Shown here piece after piece: positions 19,151 to 29,250 of a DNA stretch of 64,000 nucleotides. The notes under the pieces are model-generated. The model saw only the letters and a program-made list of their open reading frames with translations. It did not search any database and was not told where the DNA came from. The stretch is taken from contig CACDTF010000004.1 in assembly GCA_902555665.1 (NCBI GenBank), positions 3,834 to 67,833 of the forward strand, read 5' to 3'. Both the position numbers and the translations under genes were made by a program. The stretch is from an uncultured Pelagibacteraceae bacterium. Its GTDB lineage: Bacteria; Pseudomonadota; Alphaproteobacteria; Pelagibacterales; Pelagibacteraceae. Every line of letters starts with the position of its first letter. The stretch's first letter is position 1.

Positions 19151-20245
19151 TTATATTCTTTCCTCTGTTTGAGCGTCAAATAAAGATGCTTGTGTTAAAT
19201 CAAAGTATAATTTTGTTTCTTTCCCCAGATCTATTTTAATTGTCGATGGAAATTTAGCTAAAACTTCTTGATTTGCATAATCAAATGTCATTATTTGCTC
19301 ATGACCTATGTACTCACTAAGATCTGCTCTTAAATTAATTTCAAAATCACTTTCATTAAATTTTTTAAAGAAAATATGTTCTGGTCTAATACCAAAGAAA
19401 ACTTCTTTATTATTTAAATTTGATTTATCTTTAAAATCATAATCTTTTATTGGAATTTCTAAATTTGATCCACTCACTTTAAACAATAAATCTCCTGAAT
19501 TTTCTTTTAAGACTCCCTTAATTAGATTCATTGATGGAGATCCAATAAAGTCTGCAACAAAAGTATTGCTTGGCTTATTATAAATCTTTTCAGGAGTATC
19601 ATTTTGTTGAATTACTCCATGATTCATGATTGCAATGTTAGTACCCAAACTCATTGCCTCTGTTTGATCATGGGTCACATAAACAACTGTTGTTTTTAGC
19701 TGTTGATGAAGTTTTTTTATTTCTCTCCTCATTTCAACCCGTAGCTTTGCATCTAAGTTAGATAAAGGTTCGTCAAACAAAAATATTCTTGGCTCCCTTA
19801 CGAGAGCTCTACCAATAGCAACACGTTGTCGTTGTCCTCCAGATAATTGAGAAGGTTTTCTTTCTAACAATTGATCTACCTGTAGAAATTTAGAGACTTT
19901 TTCTAACTGTTCTTGTATTTTTTCTTTTGATGTTTTTGCCTGTTTAAGACCAAAAATCATATTCTCCTTAACATTCATAGATGGATACAGAGCGTAAGAT
20001 TGAAAAACCATAGCAATATTACGGTCTTTTGGCTCAACTTTGCTAACATTATAATCATCTATAAAAACATCACCCTCATTAATAGTTTCTAATCCTGCAA
20101 TAATATTTAATAAAGTTGATTTTCCGCATCCAGATGGTCCTAAAAGAACTAGAAAATTTCCTTCATCTATTTCTAAATTAATTTTTTTTAAAACCTCAGT
20201 CGATCCAAAGTTTTTTGATAGTTCTTCAATTTTTAACGTTTTCAT
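19151..20245 (-). CDS. Sugar ABC transporter ATP-binding protein (CUT1, MalK-like)
   Basis: GPSGCGKST, VFQSYALYP, LSGGQRQR, DEPLSNLDAKLR. Confidence 0.95.
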   Translation of the reverse strand: MKTLKIEELSKNFGSTEVLKKINLEIDEGNFLVLLGPSGCGKSTLLNIIAGLETINEGDVFIDDYNVSKVEPKDRNIAMVFQSYALYPSMNVKENMIFGLKQAKTSKEKIQEQLEKVSKFLQVDQLLERKPSQLSGGQRQRVAIGRALVREPRIFLFDEPLSNLDAKLRVEMRREIKKLHQQLKTTVVYVTHDQTEAMSLGTNIAIMNHGVIQQNDTPEKIYNKPSNTFVADFIGSPSMNLIKGVLKENSGDLLFKVSGSNLEIPIKDYDFKDKSNLNNKEVFFGIRPEHIFFKKFNESDFEINLRADLSEYIGHEQIMTFDYANQEVLAKFPSTIKIDLGKETKLYFDLTQASLFDAQTEERI

Positions 20246-20247
20246 TA

Positions 20248-21153
20248 TTATCCTTTCACTGCTCCTGAAGTTAATCCTCTAATAAAATATTTACCTGCCA
20301 ATACATAAACTATAAGTGTTGGAATGCCGGCTATAATAGCTGAAGCCATATCTACATTATATTCTTTCACACTTGTACTTGATAAAACCATATTATTTAA
20401 TGCAACTTGTATAGGTGCTGCTTCTCCAAATGAGAAAGTTGATCCAAATAAAAAATCATTCCATATTTGTGTGAACTGCCAAATTACTGTTACGACAATA
20501 ATTGGTGCTGATATTGGAAGTAAAATTTTGAAAAATATTTTAAAAAATCCAGCTCCATCTATTCTAGCAGCTTTAACTAATTCTGTTGGAACAGAAATAT
20601 AATAATTTCTAAAAAATAATGTGGTAAAAGGTATTCCATAAACTGTATGAACTAAAACTAACCCAATTACTGAATTTGAAATTCCCAATACTCCAAGGGT
20701 TCTGGCCATTGGTAGCAATATTGCTTGAAAAGGTATGAAACATCCAAATAATAAAAAAAGGAAAACCCACTGATCCCCTTTAAATCTCCATTTAGTTAAA
20801 ACATAACCTGTCATCGCTCCAATAAATGTTGAAAAAAATACTGCTGGTACAACCATCTTGATTGAATTCCAGAAATATGGTCTTAAAAAAGTATCACCAG
20901 CCCCATATCCTCGACCGCCCCACGCTACAGCCCAAGATTCCAAATTTAATCCGCTTGGCCAACTTAAAAGTGTTCCTTGACGGATCTCTTCCATTGTCTT
21001 TAAAGAAGTAACAACCATCACGTAAAGTGGAAAAATAAAATAAGAAGCAAAAAGAATTAAAATAAAATACAAAAACCATCTCAAAAACATATTTGTGTAT
21101 TTAGATTTTTGTTCTAACTGCTGATAAGAAGTGGATTTCAAACTATCTTGCAT
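20248..21153 (-). CDS. Sugar ABC permease (GtsC-like)
   Basis: EAA-loop ELVKAARIDGA, WQFTQIWNDFLFG. Confidence 0.93.
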   Translation of the reverse strand: MQDSLKSTSYQQLEQKSKYTNMFLRWFLYFILILFASYFIFPLYVMVVTSLKTMEEIRQGTLLSWPSGLNLESWAVAWGGRGYGAGDTFLRPYFWNSIKMVVPAVFFSTFIGAMTGYVLTKWRFKGDQWVFLFLLFGCFIPFQAILLPMARTLGVLGISNSVIGLVLVHTVYGIPFTTLFFRNYYISVPTELVKAARIDGAGFFKIFFKILLPISAPIIVVTVIWQFTQIWNDFLFGSTFSFGEAAPIQVALNNMVLSSTSVKEYNVDMASAIIAGIPTLIVYVLAGKYFIRGLTSGAVKG

Positions 21154-22018
21154 TTTCTCTCCTTAATTCTGAATACAAATATGGGATAATTACAGCTGCT
21201 ACAGCCATAAACATCATCATCGCACTCGCAGCAGACAAACCAACTTGGCTTTTATGAAATGCAGTTTGAGTCATATATAAAGCGGGCATAGTTGTTGATA
21301 TGCCTGGCCCACCTTGTGTAAGTGCTACAATAAGATCATAACTTTTTATAGATATATGAACTAAAATTACAAAGCTTGTAAAAAATACTGGTCTCATCAT
21401 TGGAAGTAAAATCTTCCAGTAAACTGTAAATAAACTTGCGCCATCTATTTTTGCTGCCTTAACAATTTCATCTTCGACCGACCTTAATCCAGCTAAAAAT
21501 AGCGCCATCACAAATCCTGCGGATTGCCAAACCCCCGCTATAACTATTGTATAAATGGCCATCTCCCTATCTACCAACCAATCAAAGGTAAAGTCCTCAA
21601 AACCCCAGTCTCTAAACATTTTTTGGATGCCTAAAGTTGGATTTAATATCCATTTCCAAGCAGTTCCTGTCACGATAAAAGATAGTGCCATTGGATATAA
21701 ATAAATCGTTCTTAACAAACCCTCTGCTCTGATTTTCTGATCTAAAAAAATTGCAAGAATTATTCCTATAACAACACAGAAGATTAAAAATAGTGCTGTA
21801 AAAATAAGCAAATTATCTACTGCAATTAGCCATTTTCTTGATGCCCAAAGTTTTTCATACTGCCCAAATCCCCAAAGTTCATACTTTGGTAGAATTTTAG
21901 AATTTGTAAAAGATATATATAAAGTCCAAAGTACAAACCCATAAACAAACCAGCCAATCAAACCAACTGCTGGAGCCATTACAATTTTAGGTAAATTTTT
22001 TTCTAACCACTTGAACAT
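21143..22018 (-). CDS. Sugar ABC permease (GtsB-like)
   Basis: LDQKIRAEG, YLYPMALSFIVTG, KAAKIDGA. Confidence 0.93.
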   Translation of the reverse strand: MFKWLEKNLPKIVMAPAVGLIGWFVYGFVLWTLYISFTNSKILPKYELWGFGQYEKLWASRKWLIAVDNLLIFTALFLIFCVVIGIILAIFLDQKIRAEGLLRTIYLYPMALSFIVTGTAWKWILNPTLGIQKMFRDWGFEDFTFDWLVDREMAIYTIVIAGVWQSAGFVMALFLAGLRSVEDEIVKAAKIDGASLFTVYWKILLPMMRPVFFTSFVILVHISIKSYDLIVALTQGGPGISTTMPALYMTQTAFHKSQVGLSAASAMMMFMAVAAVIIPYLYSELRRENAR

Positions 22019-22044
22019 TATAAATATTTTTTATTTTTAGATTT

Positions 22045-22078
22045 AAAAAAAAGGCCACTTTATCAAAAGTGGCCTTTT
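22045..22078 (-). terminator. Hairpin with U-tract between the binding-protein and permease genes
   Basis: AAAAGGCCACTTT-ATCA-AAAGTGGCCTTTT. Confidence 0.85.
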
Positions 22079-22090
22079 AATTTTTATGTA

Positions 22091-23347
22091 CTACATATTA
22101 GCTAAAACTGAGTCAGCTAAAGCGTTAGCAGCATCTACAGATGACATGTCAGAGTTAAAGTGCTCTGTAATGATATCTTGTAGTGCAGCTTTCATAGTAT
22201 TACCTTGAGCCATACCGTGAGCAAAACTTGGAACTAATCCACCGCTTGCACCTGCAGTTTTAATATCTGCATTAGATGTTTTTGCACACTTGTCAAATTC
22301 ATCCATTGATACGTCTAAACGCGCCGGGATAGAACCTTTGTATAGGTTGAAAACTTTTTGAAAGTTTTTACCCATCATAAGCTTAGCTAATAACTTTTGG
22401 CCAGCTTGTTTATCTGGATCGTTAGATTTGTAAAAGATAAAACTATCTACGTTATATAAGTATCCATTGTTTGAAGGAGTGGCAGCACAGTAGTAATCTA
22501 CACCTGGAACTTTTCCTGCAGCTGTAAATTCACCTTTTGCCCAGTCACCCATAATTTGGAAACCAGCTTTTCCCTCAATTACCATACCAGTAGCAACGTT
22601 CCAGTCTCTTCCTGGACTACCTTCGTCAGTAAACCCTTGTAGTTTTCTCATTTGATCAAAAACTTTAACTGTTGTTTCACTTCTTAAACAGCTTTCTTTA
22701 AGATCTACATAACAATTTTTGTAATAGTTATTTCCTCCAATACCCATAGCAACTGCCTCAAAAACTGTAGCATCTTGCCAAGCTTGTCCACCATGTGCAA
22801 ATGGAATTATGCCAGCAGCTTGTAATTTTTCAGCAGCAGCATTTAACTCATCCCAAGTACTTGGAACTGAAATACCGTTTGCATCAAATACAGCTTTGTT
22901 TGCCCACATCCAGTCAATTCTATGAATGTTTACTGGAGCAGCACAATAAGGTCCGCTATTATTTTCACACTTGTGAATTGCTGCAATCATTGGGTCTAAT
23001 AAATTGTCCCAACCTTCTGCTTTAGCAACTTCATCAATGTTATATGGAGCTACAACACCTTCTTGGTCATACTCTTGAATTGTAGGTCCTTTAATTTGAG
23101 ATGCAGATGGAGGATCTCCAGCAACGATTCTTGCTTTTAATGCAACGTTAGCAGCGTCTCCACCACCACCTGTTACAGGCATGTCCATCCATTCACCACC
23201 GTTTGCAGCGAAATCATCTTTTAAAACTTTAAGTGCAGCAGCTTCACCACCAGACGTCCACCAGTGCAATACCTCTATCTTAGGTCCTGCAATTGATGAA
23301 GTAGATGTGAACGCTAAAGTAATTAAAGCGATCATTAGTTTTTTCAT
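22091..23347 (-). CDS. Glucose/aldose-binding periplasmic protein (GtsA-like)
   Basis: EVLHWWTSGGEAAAL, APVNIHR, IMGDWAKGE, KGSIPAR. Confidence 0.9.
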   Translation of the reverse strand: MKKLMIALITLAFTSTSSIAGPKIEVLHWWTSGGEAAALKVLKDDFAANGGEWMDMPVTGGGGDAANVALKARIVAGDPPSASQIKGPTIQEYDQEGVVAPYNIDEVAKAEGWDNLLDPMIAAIHKCENNSGPYCAAPVNIHRIDWMWANKAVFDANGISVPSTWDELNAAAEKLQAAGIIPFAHGGQAWQDATVFEAVAMGIGGNNYYKNCYVDLKESCLRSETTVKVFDQMRKLQGFTDEGSPGRDWNVATGMVIEGKAGFQIMGDWAKGEFTAAGKVPGVDYYCAATPSNNGYLYNVDSFIFYKSNDPDKQAGQKLLAKLMMGKNFQKVFNLYKGSIPARLDVSMDEFDKCAKTSNADIKTAGASGGLVPSFAHGMAQGNTMKAALQDIITEHFNSDMSSVDAANALADSVLANM

Positions 23348-23537
23348 ATCTTCTCTTCCTCTTTTTATTTAGTTAACTATTTTTTTAAAACGAAACTATA
23401 AGTAGAATAATTCTCAATTGATAACTAAAAAATTTGTATTCAACTCTTAATTGAATTTATTTTTTTCGGTAAATTTTATTTGTTTTTTTAATTTAAAAAA
23501 AAAATTTATTTTTTTAATTCAATCATAAGTTGAAGTT

Positions 23538-24440
23538 CTAATATGTCACGCTTCTTCCTAGTCTTGCTGCACCTCTAACGCCACTAGCATCTCCGTATTT
23601 AGGTTTTAAAAAAACACCTTCATATTCTCTTCCAATGACAAACTTTCTTACCAATGAATCTATTTCATGTAAAAAATCAATTTCGTTTGAAACTCCCCCT
23701 CCAAATATAAAAGCATCAGGATCTAAGATATTTATAATACTTGATAGAGACATTGCTAAATTTACTTTAAAATCATCTATAAATCTTTCAGCATCTAAAT
23801 CATGTTTTCTATTTAATTCAAAAATTTCATTTGTTTTTAAATTTTTTCCATAAAGTTTCTTAAATCTTTTTGCTAAACTTAAACCAGATAAAAAACTTTC
23901 AATCTCTGCTTCTCTTGCATTACTTGAGTCAAAATTTTCTTTCTTAGCTGCAAAATATGGAATTTGGTTGTGTCCCCATTCCCCTGCAACTCCATTAGAG
24001 CCGGTAATAATTTTTTTATCTATTACTAAACCACCTCCAACTCCTGAACCTAATATAATTCCATAAACGATTTTATAATGTGTACCAGCTCCATCTATTG
24101 CTTCAGATAAAGCAAAACAATTTGCATCATTTTCACAAAACACTTCTTTTCCAAGAGCTTTACGTAGATCACTTTGAAATGGTTTTTTTTCTAACCAAGT
24201 TATATTTGGAGCATTTTTTACTAATCCAGTTTGAGGAGAATGAACTCCTGGATGACAAACACCAATTGGAAGTTCTTGTTTAAACTCTTGTTCTAATTTT
24301 CTATGGATATCTCTTATCGCAGTTACAATTTGAGTGTACTCCTTTGGACATGATATTCTTGATCTGTGTTTTTCTTGCCCATCTTTTTCAAGCACAACAC
24401 TCTCAATTTTAGTTGCACCAACATCAATACCTACTTGCAT
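23538..24440 (-). CDS. ROK family sugar kinase (Mak/fructokinase-like), no HTH
   Basis: GIDVGATK, ENDANCFALSEA, GEWGH, YGDASGVRGAA. Confidence 0.85.
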   Translation of the reverse strand: MQVGIDVGATKIESVVLEKDGQEKHRSRISCPKEYTQIVTAIRDIHRKLEQEFKQELPIGVCHPGVHSPQTGLVKNAPNITWLEKKPFQSDLRKALGKEVFCENDANCFALSEAIDGAGTHYKIVYGIILGSGVGGGLVIDKKIITGSNGVAGEWGHNQIPYFAAKKENFDSSNAREAEIESFLSGLSLAKRFKKLYGKNLKTNEIFELNRKHDLDAERFIDDFKVNLAMSLSSIINILDPDAFIFGGGVSNEIDFLHEIDSLVRKFVIGREYEGVFLKPKYGDASGVRGAARLGRSVTY

Positions 24441-24442
24441 AA

Positions 24443-25192
24443 CTAATATGTAGCTCTTCCACCACTTAAATCAAAAACTGCAGCTGTCGAAAATGAATTT
24501 TCTTCACTAGCTAACCAAGTTACTAATGAAGCTAATTCTTCAACTTTTGCAAATTTATTTCTTGGAATTTTTGATAACATGTAATTTATATGTTCTTCAG
24601 TCATTTGATCAAAAATTCTTGTTTTAGCTGCTGCTGGAGTGACGCAATTTACAGCTATATTTTTTTGGGCAAGTTCTTTACCTAGAGATTTTGTTAAACC
24701 TATAACACCCGCCTTTGAGGTGCTATATGCACTTGCATTTGGATTTCCTTCTTTACCTGCAATAGATGCAATATTTACTATTCTACCGTAGTCATTTTTT
24801 AACATGAAAGGAACAACCGCTTTGCAACAATAAAAAACTGAATTTAAATTTAAATTCATCACTTTTTTCCATTCATCTAATGGATATTCAGCGACAGTAG
24901 TATTCATGCCAGCAATACCTGCGTTGTTAACGAAAATATCTATTTTTCCGTATTTTTTTTCTACTTCTTCTAAATTTTTATTTACTATTTCAAAATTAGT
25001 TACGTCTACTACCTGATGACTTAGGTTTTCTGATTTAACTTTATCAATTGCTTCTTTGGCAGCACCTTCGTCAATATCCCAAATTACAACTTTTGCACCT
25101 GCTTGGATAAATCTTTCAGTTATTGCTAAACCAAATCCCTGGGCTCCACCCGTAACAACTGCAACTCTATTGTTTAGATCATACTTAATCAT
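24443..25192 (-). CDS. SDR, 2-keto-3-deoxy sugar acid 4-dehydrogenase-like (LRA5 type)
   Basis: ASIAGKEGNPNASAYSTSKAGVIG..KSLGKELA and C-terminal FDLSGGRATY. Confidence 0.7.
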   Translation of the reverse strand: MIKYDLNNRVAVVTGGAQGFGLAITERFIQAGAKVVIWDIDEGAAKEAIDKVKSENLSHQVVDVTNFEIVNKNLEEVEKKYGKIDIFVNNAGIAGMNTTVAEYPLDEWKKVMNLNLNSVFYCCKAVVPFMLKNDYGRIVNIASIAGKEGNPNASAYSTSKAGVIGLTKSLGKELAQKNIAVNCVTPAAAKTRIFDQMTEEHINYMLSKIPRNKFAKVEELASLVTWLASEENSFSTAAVFDLSGGRATY

Positions 25193-26667
25193 AATTTCTT
25201 TTTAAATTTTCTTGATCTTATTAAAGGAAAAGCCAAAGCAATTAAAGACAAAATGAAGAATGTTAAAGCAATTGGTCTTGTAAAAAACATCAACCAATTA
25301 CCATCAAATATAACCAGAGATTGTCTTAAAGTTCCTTCAACTAACTCGCCCAAAATTAATCCAATAATAACTGGTACTACTGAAAAGCCATATCTTCTCA
25401 TAAAAAAACCTAGCACTCCAAAAAATAACATAATCCAAACATCGATTATTGATTGATTTAAAGAATAAGTTCCACATACTGAAACAGCAAATATCATTGG
25501 CCATAAAATTTTATTAGGAACTAAAGTTATTCTTGCAAAAATTTTTGCTCCAAAAAATCCAAAAATAAAAAAGAGAATATTAGCAATTAACATAGCGCCG
25601 AAAATTCCATATAAGAAATCTGGCTGTTCTCTAAATAAATCTGGGCCAGGTCTAACACCATGAATAATCAATCCTGTAAGTATAACAGCTGTTGTTGCGC
25701 TACCAGGAATACCTAGCGCTAAAGTTGGGACCATCGCACCACCTGTTGCTGCATTATTTGCCGCTTCAGCTCCAGCAATACCTTCGATCGATCCTTTTCC
25801 AAATTCTTCTGGATTTTTTGAAAATCTCTTTGCTTCAGAATAACCAATTAAAGATGCAACTGTTCCGCCTTCTGCAGGAAGAACTCCAATAAATGATCCA
25901 ATCCCACTTGATCGTAGTATTGTTTTCCAAGTTTTCTTATAATCATCTTTGCTAGGAAGCTTAATTGCTTTTAAAGCTATTCTGTTAAATACTTGATTGA
26001 TTAAAGTTGATTGAGTTAACATTTCACTCATTGCAAAAAGTCCTACTACTACTGGTATAAAACCTATTCCTTCGGTTAATTCATTGATCCCAAAAGTAAA
26101 ACGATCAATTGAAGTCATAAAATCTTTACCAACTGTAGAAATCAATATTCCAAATGCACCTGCAATTAAATTTTTAATTGGACTACCTTCACCAATTGAT
26201 GCAAGCATTGTTAAACCAAATATTGCTAATGCAAAATATTCTGGCTGACCAAACTCATATGCAAGTTGTGCTAATATAGGTGCAAAGAAAACTAATATAA
26301 CAACACTGAAAATACCTCCCACAGTACTTGATACTGTTGCCATTCCCAAAGCTCTTCCTGCTTCACCTTTTTGTGCTAATGGATAGCCATCTAAACAAGT
26401 TGCTGCAGCTGCTGGGGTTCCAGGAGTATTTATAAGTACAGCTGTTATTGCACCACCATATGTTCCAGCACAATAAATAGATGTTAATAAAACAATTGCA
26501 GATAATGGATCTAGGGTCATTGTAAAAGGTAAGATTAATGCTCCACCTGTTGTTGGTCCTAACCCAGGCAATACACCTAATATCAAACCAAATAATGTTC
26601 CAAAAAATAAAACTAATAACAGTTTAGAACTGAAAAGTGGTGCCAGCATTAATAATAAATTATCCAT
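25189..26667 (-). CDS. tctA: Tripartite tricarboxylate transporter large subunit
   Basis: G.LPGLG, YGG.I.AVL.NTPG, DGYPLA, EAANNA, LGIPGS. Confidence 0.95.
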   Translation of the reverse strand: MDNLLLMLAPLFSSKLLLVLFFGTLFGLILGVLPGLGPTTGGALILPFTMTLDPLSAIVLLTSIYCAGTYGGAITAVLINTPGTPAAAATCLDGYPLAQKGEAGRALGMATVSSTVGGIFSVVILVFFAPILAQLAYEFGQPEYFALAIFGLTMLASIGEGSPIKNLIAGAFGILISTVGKDFMTSIDRFTFGINELTEGIGFIPVVVGLFAMSEMLTQSTLINQVFNRIALKAIKLPSKDDYKKTWKTILRSSGIGSFIGVLPAEGGTVASLIGYSEAKRFSKNPEEFGKGSIEGIAGAEAANNAATGGAMVPTLALGIPGSATTAVILTGLIIHGVRPGPDLFREQPDFLYGIFGAMLIANILFFIFGFFGAKIFARITLVPNKILWPMIFAVSVCGTYSLNQSIIDVWIMLFFGVLGFFMRRYGFSVVPVIIGLILGELVEGTLRQSLVIFDGNWLMFFTRPIALTFFILSLIALAFPLIRSRKFKKKL

Positions 26668-27174
26668 CTAGCTATAGTAAATGTTAGTAATTATTCCTGG
26701 AGGAAATCTTAAACCCAAAATCGTTTCAAAAAATATAAAAACAATAATTGGAAAAATAATCCCAACTAATAATAAATAAAATAACCTTTTTTCTCCCCAA
26801 CAATAAGAAACAAAGATAGATAAAGCTGAGATTGCTAAAAAGAAATCAAGTGTTTTAGAAACTACTACAAAAAAAACAAAACTTGATAAAGTAAGAAAAA
26901 AAGGTCTTGGTAATTTTTTTTCAACTTTCCAAGGATTTTTAGTTGCCAAATAGTAGATAAATAATGTCATTAATATTATTAGGACTAATAGTGCTTTTGG
27001 AAATGTTGCTGGTTGGATTCCTCTATTTAAAATAGGAGGAACAATATCAAAAGTAAAAGTTGTGATTAATAATGCTACAGATATCAAAATAATTACAAGA
27101 GAAACTCTAAACTCATCTCTAAAAAAAAAGGGCAAACTTTTGTTTGCCCTTTTTGATTTTTGTACATTTTTCAT
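26668..27174 (-). CDS. tctB: Tripartite tricarboxylate transporter small subunit
   Basis: PATFPK and F...LGLRFPPG motifs, about 4-5 TM, between tctA and tctC. Confidence 0.85.
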   Translation of the reverse strand: MKNVQKSKRANKSLPFFFRDEFRVSLVIILISVALLITTFTFDIVPPILNRGIQPATFPKALLVLIILMTLFIYYLATKNPWKVEKKLPRPFFLTLSSFVFFVVVSKTLDFFLAISALSIFVSYCWGEKRLFYLLLVGIIFPIIVFIFFETILGLRFPPGIITNIYYS

Positions 27175-27197
27175 ATTCAAATGTACTTTTAATTAGA

Positions 27198-28172
27198 TTA
27201 GTTAATGTAACCTAAAGCTTTAAGCTGCGCAGTCATTTCAGCAAGCATCTCTTCCATTTGCTTACCCCACTCGTCCGCACCAACTACACTCGTCTCATCA
27301 AGACCAATTTCTGTTAAGAAATTTTTATAGTAGTTATGGCTCATAGCTTTCATCATTCCAGCTTCTAATTGTTTCACTCTATCTGCTGGAGCACCTTTTT
27401 TAGTTACGAAACCTCTAACAGTAGATAAAGAAACAGGTATACCTAATTCTTTTGCTGTTGGAGAATCTCCAATTTTAGCCATTCTGTTGTTTGCTAATAC
27501 AACTGAAACACAAAGTTTACCTTCATTAATTTCAGTCAATGCTTCACCTAAGTTTAAAACACCTACATCAATATCTCCTTTGATAAGATTAGTTTTAATT
27601 GGTGCAACACCTTTATAAGCAACGATAGTTGGATCTTTTAATCCACCTTTTTTTGTAAATGCGATTGCACTAACATCATCAATACCACCAGTATGAGTAG
27701 TTCCATATTTTAGTGATTTTGATTTTTGTGTGCTAATGAATTTTTTAGCATCCTTGATATCGTTTTTACAGTTTACAACAAACAATTGAGGATCATCGGT
27801 TCCTCTTGCAAGTGGTTGCATATCGCTTAACTTAACTTTAGTTTTACCTAAAGCCATAGATACAGCATGTCCTGTAGTCCAAGTTAAAGTATGGTTACCA
27901 TCAGCTGGTAAAGACATCATGTAATCCATAGATGCTGCTCCACCACCACCTTTTTTGTTTACTAATTGCATATCCTGCTTAAGAACTCTTCTTGCTCTTA
28001 ATAACATCATTCTAGTAGTAACGTCAGTTCCACCACCAAAACCAGCGTGAGTAATTGCTTGTATTGGGTGACCATCAGCTTTAGCTGAAGTGATCATTAA
28101 TGGAAGAGCTACAACAAAAAATTCAGTTGCTAGGAAAGCAGCTGCTAAAAATAGTTTAAAGCTTTTTTTCAT
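27198..28172 (-). CDS. tctC: Tripartite tricarboxylate transporter substrate-binding protein (Bug/TctC)
   Basis: GGGTD, VNKKGGGG, PTAKELG. Confidence 0.9.
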   Translation of the reverse strand: MKKSFKLFLAAAFLATEFFVVALPLMITSAKADGHPIQAITHAGFGGGTDVTTRMMLLRARRVLKQDMQLVNKKGGGGAASMDYMMSLPADGNHTLTWTTGHAVSMALGKTKVKLSDMQPLARGTDDPQLFVVNCKNDIKDAKKFISTQKSKSLKYGTTHTGGIDDVSAIAFTKKGGLKDPTIVAYKGVAPIKTNLIKGDIDVGVLNLGEALTEINEGKLCVSVVLANNRMAKIGDSPTAKELGIPVSLSTVRGFVTKKGAPADRVKQLEAGMMKAMSHNYYKNFLTEIGLDETSVVGADEWGKQMEEMLAEMTAQLKALGYIN

Positions 28173-28252
28173 TATCTCCCTCTTATTTAGTTGTTTAGTT
28201 AATTTATATTTAATAATTTAAACATAATCTGATACAAGACGTAAAGAAAAAA

Positions 28253-29248
28253 ATGCCTGAAAACAAATCTAACATTGCTCTACTTCTTGGTGATCCAGCT
28301 GGGATCGGACCAGAGTTAATTTCAAAACTTTTAAAAGATGAAATGACAAAAAAAGCAAACATTGTCATCATCGGTGAAAAACAAGTATTTGAAAATGGAA
28401 ATAAAATTACTGGCATTTCTCATGAGATTGATATTGTTGATAATTTTAATGAAATTGATTTTAATAAAGCAAATAGGTTTCTATTAGATATCTCTAAAGG
28501 AAAAAATCATAAATATAAATTGGCTGAACCATCAAAAGAATCTGGTGAGAGTGTGTTGGAAGCTTTGGATTTGGCTTTAACTCTTGCTAAAGAAAAAAAA
28601 ATAGACGCTATTAATTTTGCACCTATGAATAAAACAAGTTTAAAACTTGGAGGAAATAAACATTCTGATGAATTACAATTAATGGCTGAAAAACTTGAAG
28701 TAAATAGTTTTTGTTGTGAGTTTAATGTTATAGACAATTTTTGGACAGCAAGAGTAACTTCTCATATTCCAATAAAGGAAGTTGCTCAACATATAACAAA
28801 AGAAAATATTATGAAGCCTATTAAATTGATTAATGAAGTTATGGAGCTTAACGGTGTAAAGAAACCTCGAATTGCTATTCAAGCACTTAATCCTCATGCA
28901 GAGTTTGGTACAGAAGAAAAAGATGAAATTATACCAGCAATAGAGGAGGCAAAAAAACTTGGTTACAATGTTGATGGTCCATTGCCATGTGATACCTCTT
29001 TTGTGGTGGCATATAAAAATAAAAATCATGATTGTATGGTTGGTATGTATCATGATGCTCTACAATCTGGTCTTAAAGCATTTGGTTTTGATAGAGGAGT
29101 AACAGTTCAAGGTGGATTAACTGTACCAGTGACTACCACAGCTCATGGTTCTGCATTTGCTATTGCAGGAAAAAATGAAGCAAATTTGGCTCCAATTTTA
29201 AATTCTTTTAAAATTGCATTATCGATGGCTGAAAATAAAAAGAATTAG
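28253..29248 (+). CDS. PdxA-family decarboxylating dehydrogenase (divergent paralog)
   Basis: GDPAGIGPE, TSHIP, LNPHA, MYHD, HGSAF.IAG; lacks the GHTE motif. Confidence 0.85.
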   Translation: MPENKSNIALLLGDPAGIGPELISKLLKDEMTKKANIVIIGEKQVFENGNKITGISHEIDIVDNFNEIDFNKANRFLLDISKGKNHKYKLAEPSKESGESVLEALDLALTLAKEKKIDAINFAPMNKTSLKLGGNKHSDELQLMAEKLEVNSFCCEFNVIDNFWTARVTSHIPIKEVAQHITKENIMKPIKLINEVMELNGVKKPRIAIQALNPHAEFGTEEKDEIIPAIEEAKKLGYNVDGPLPCDTSFVVAYKNKNHDCMVGMYHDALQSGLKAFGFDRGVTVQGGLTVPVTTTAHGSAFAIAGKNEANLAPILNSFKIALSMAENKKN

Positions 29249-29250
29249 AC

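Noticed and set aside
23538-24440. ROK-family transcriptional repressor of the sugar operon
   Set aside because: There is no N-terminal HTH; the protein begins directly with the kinase ATP-binding motif.
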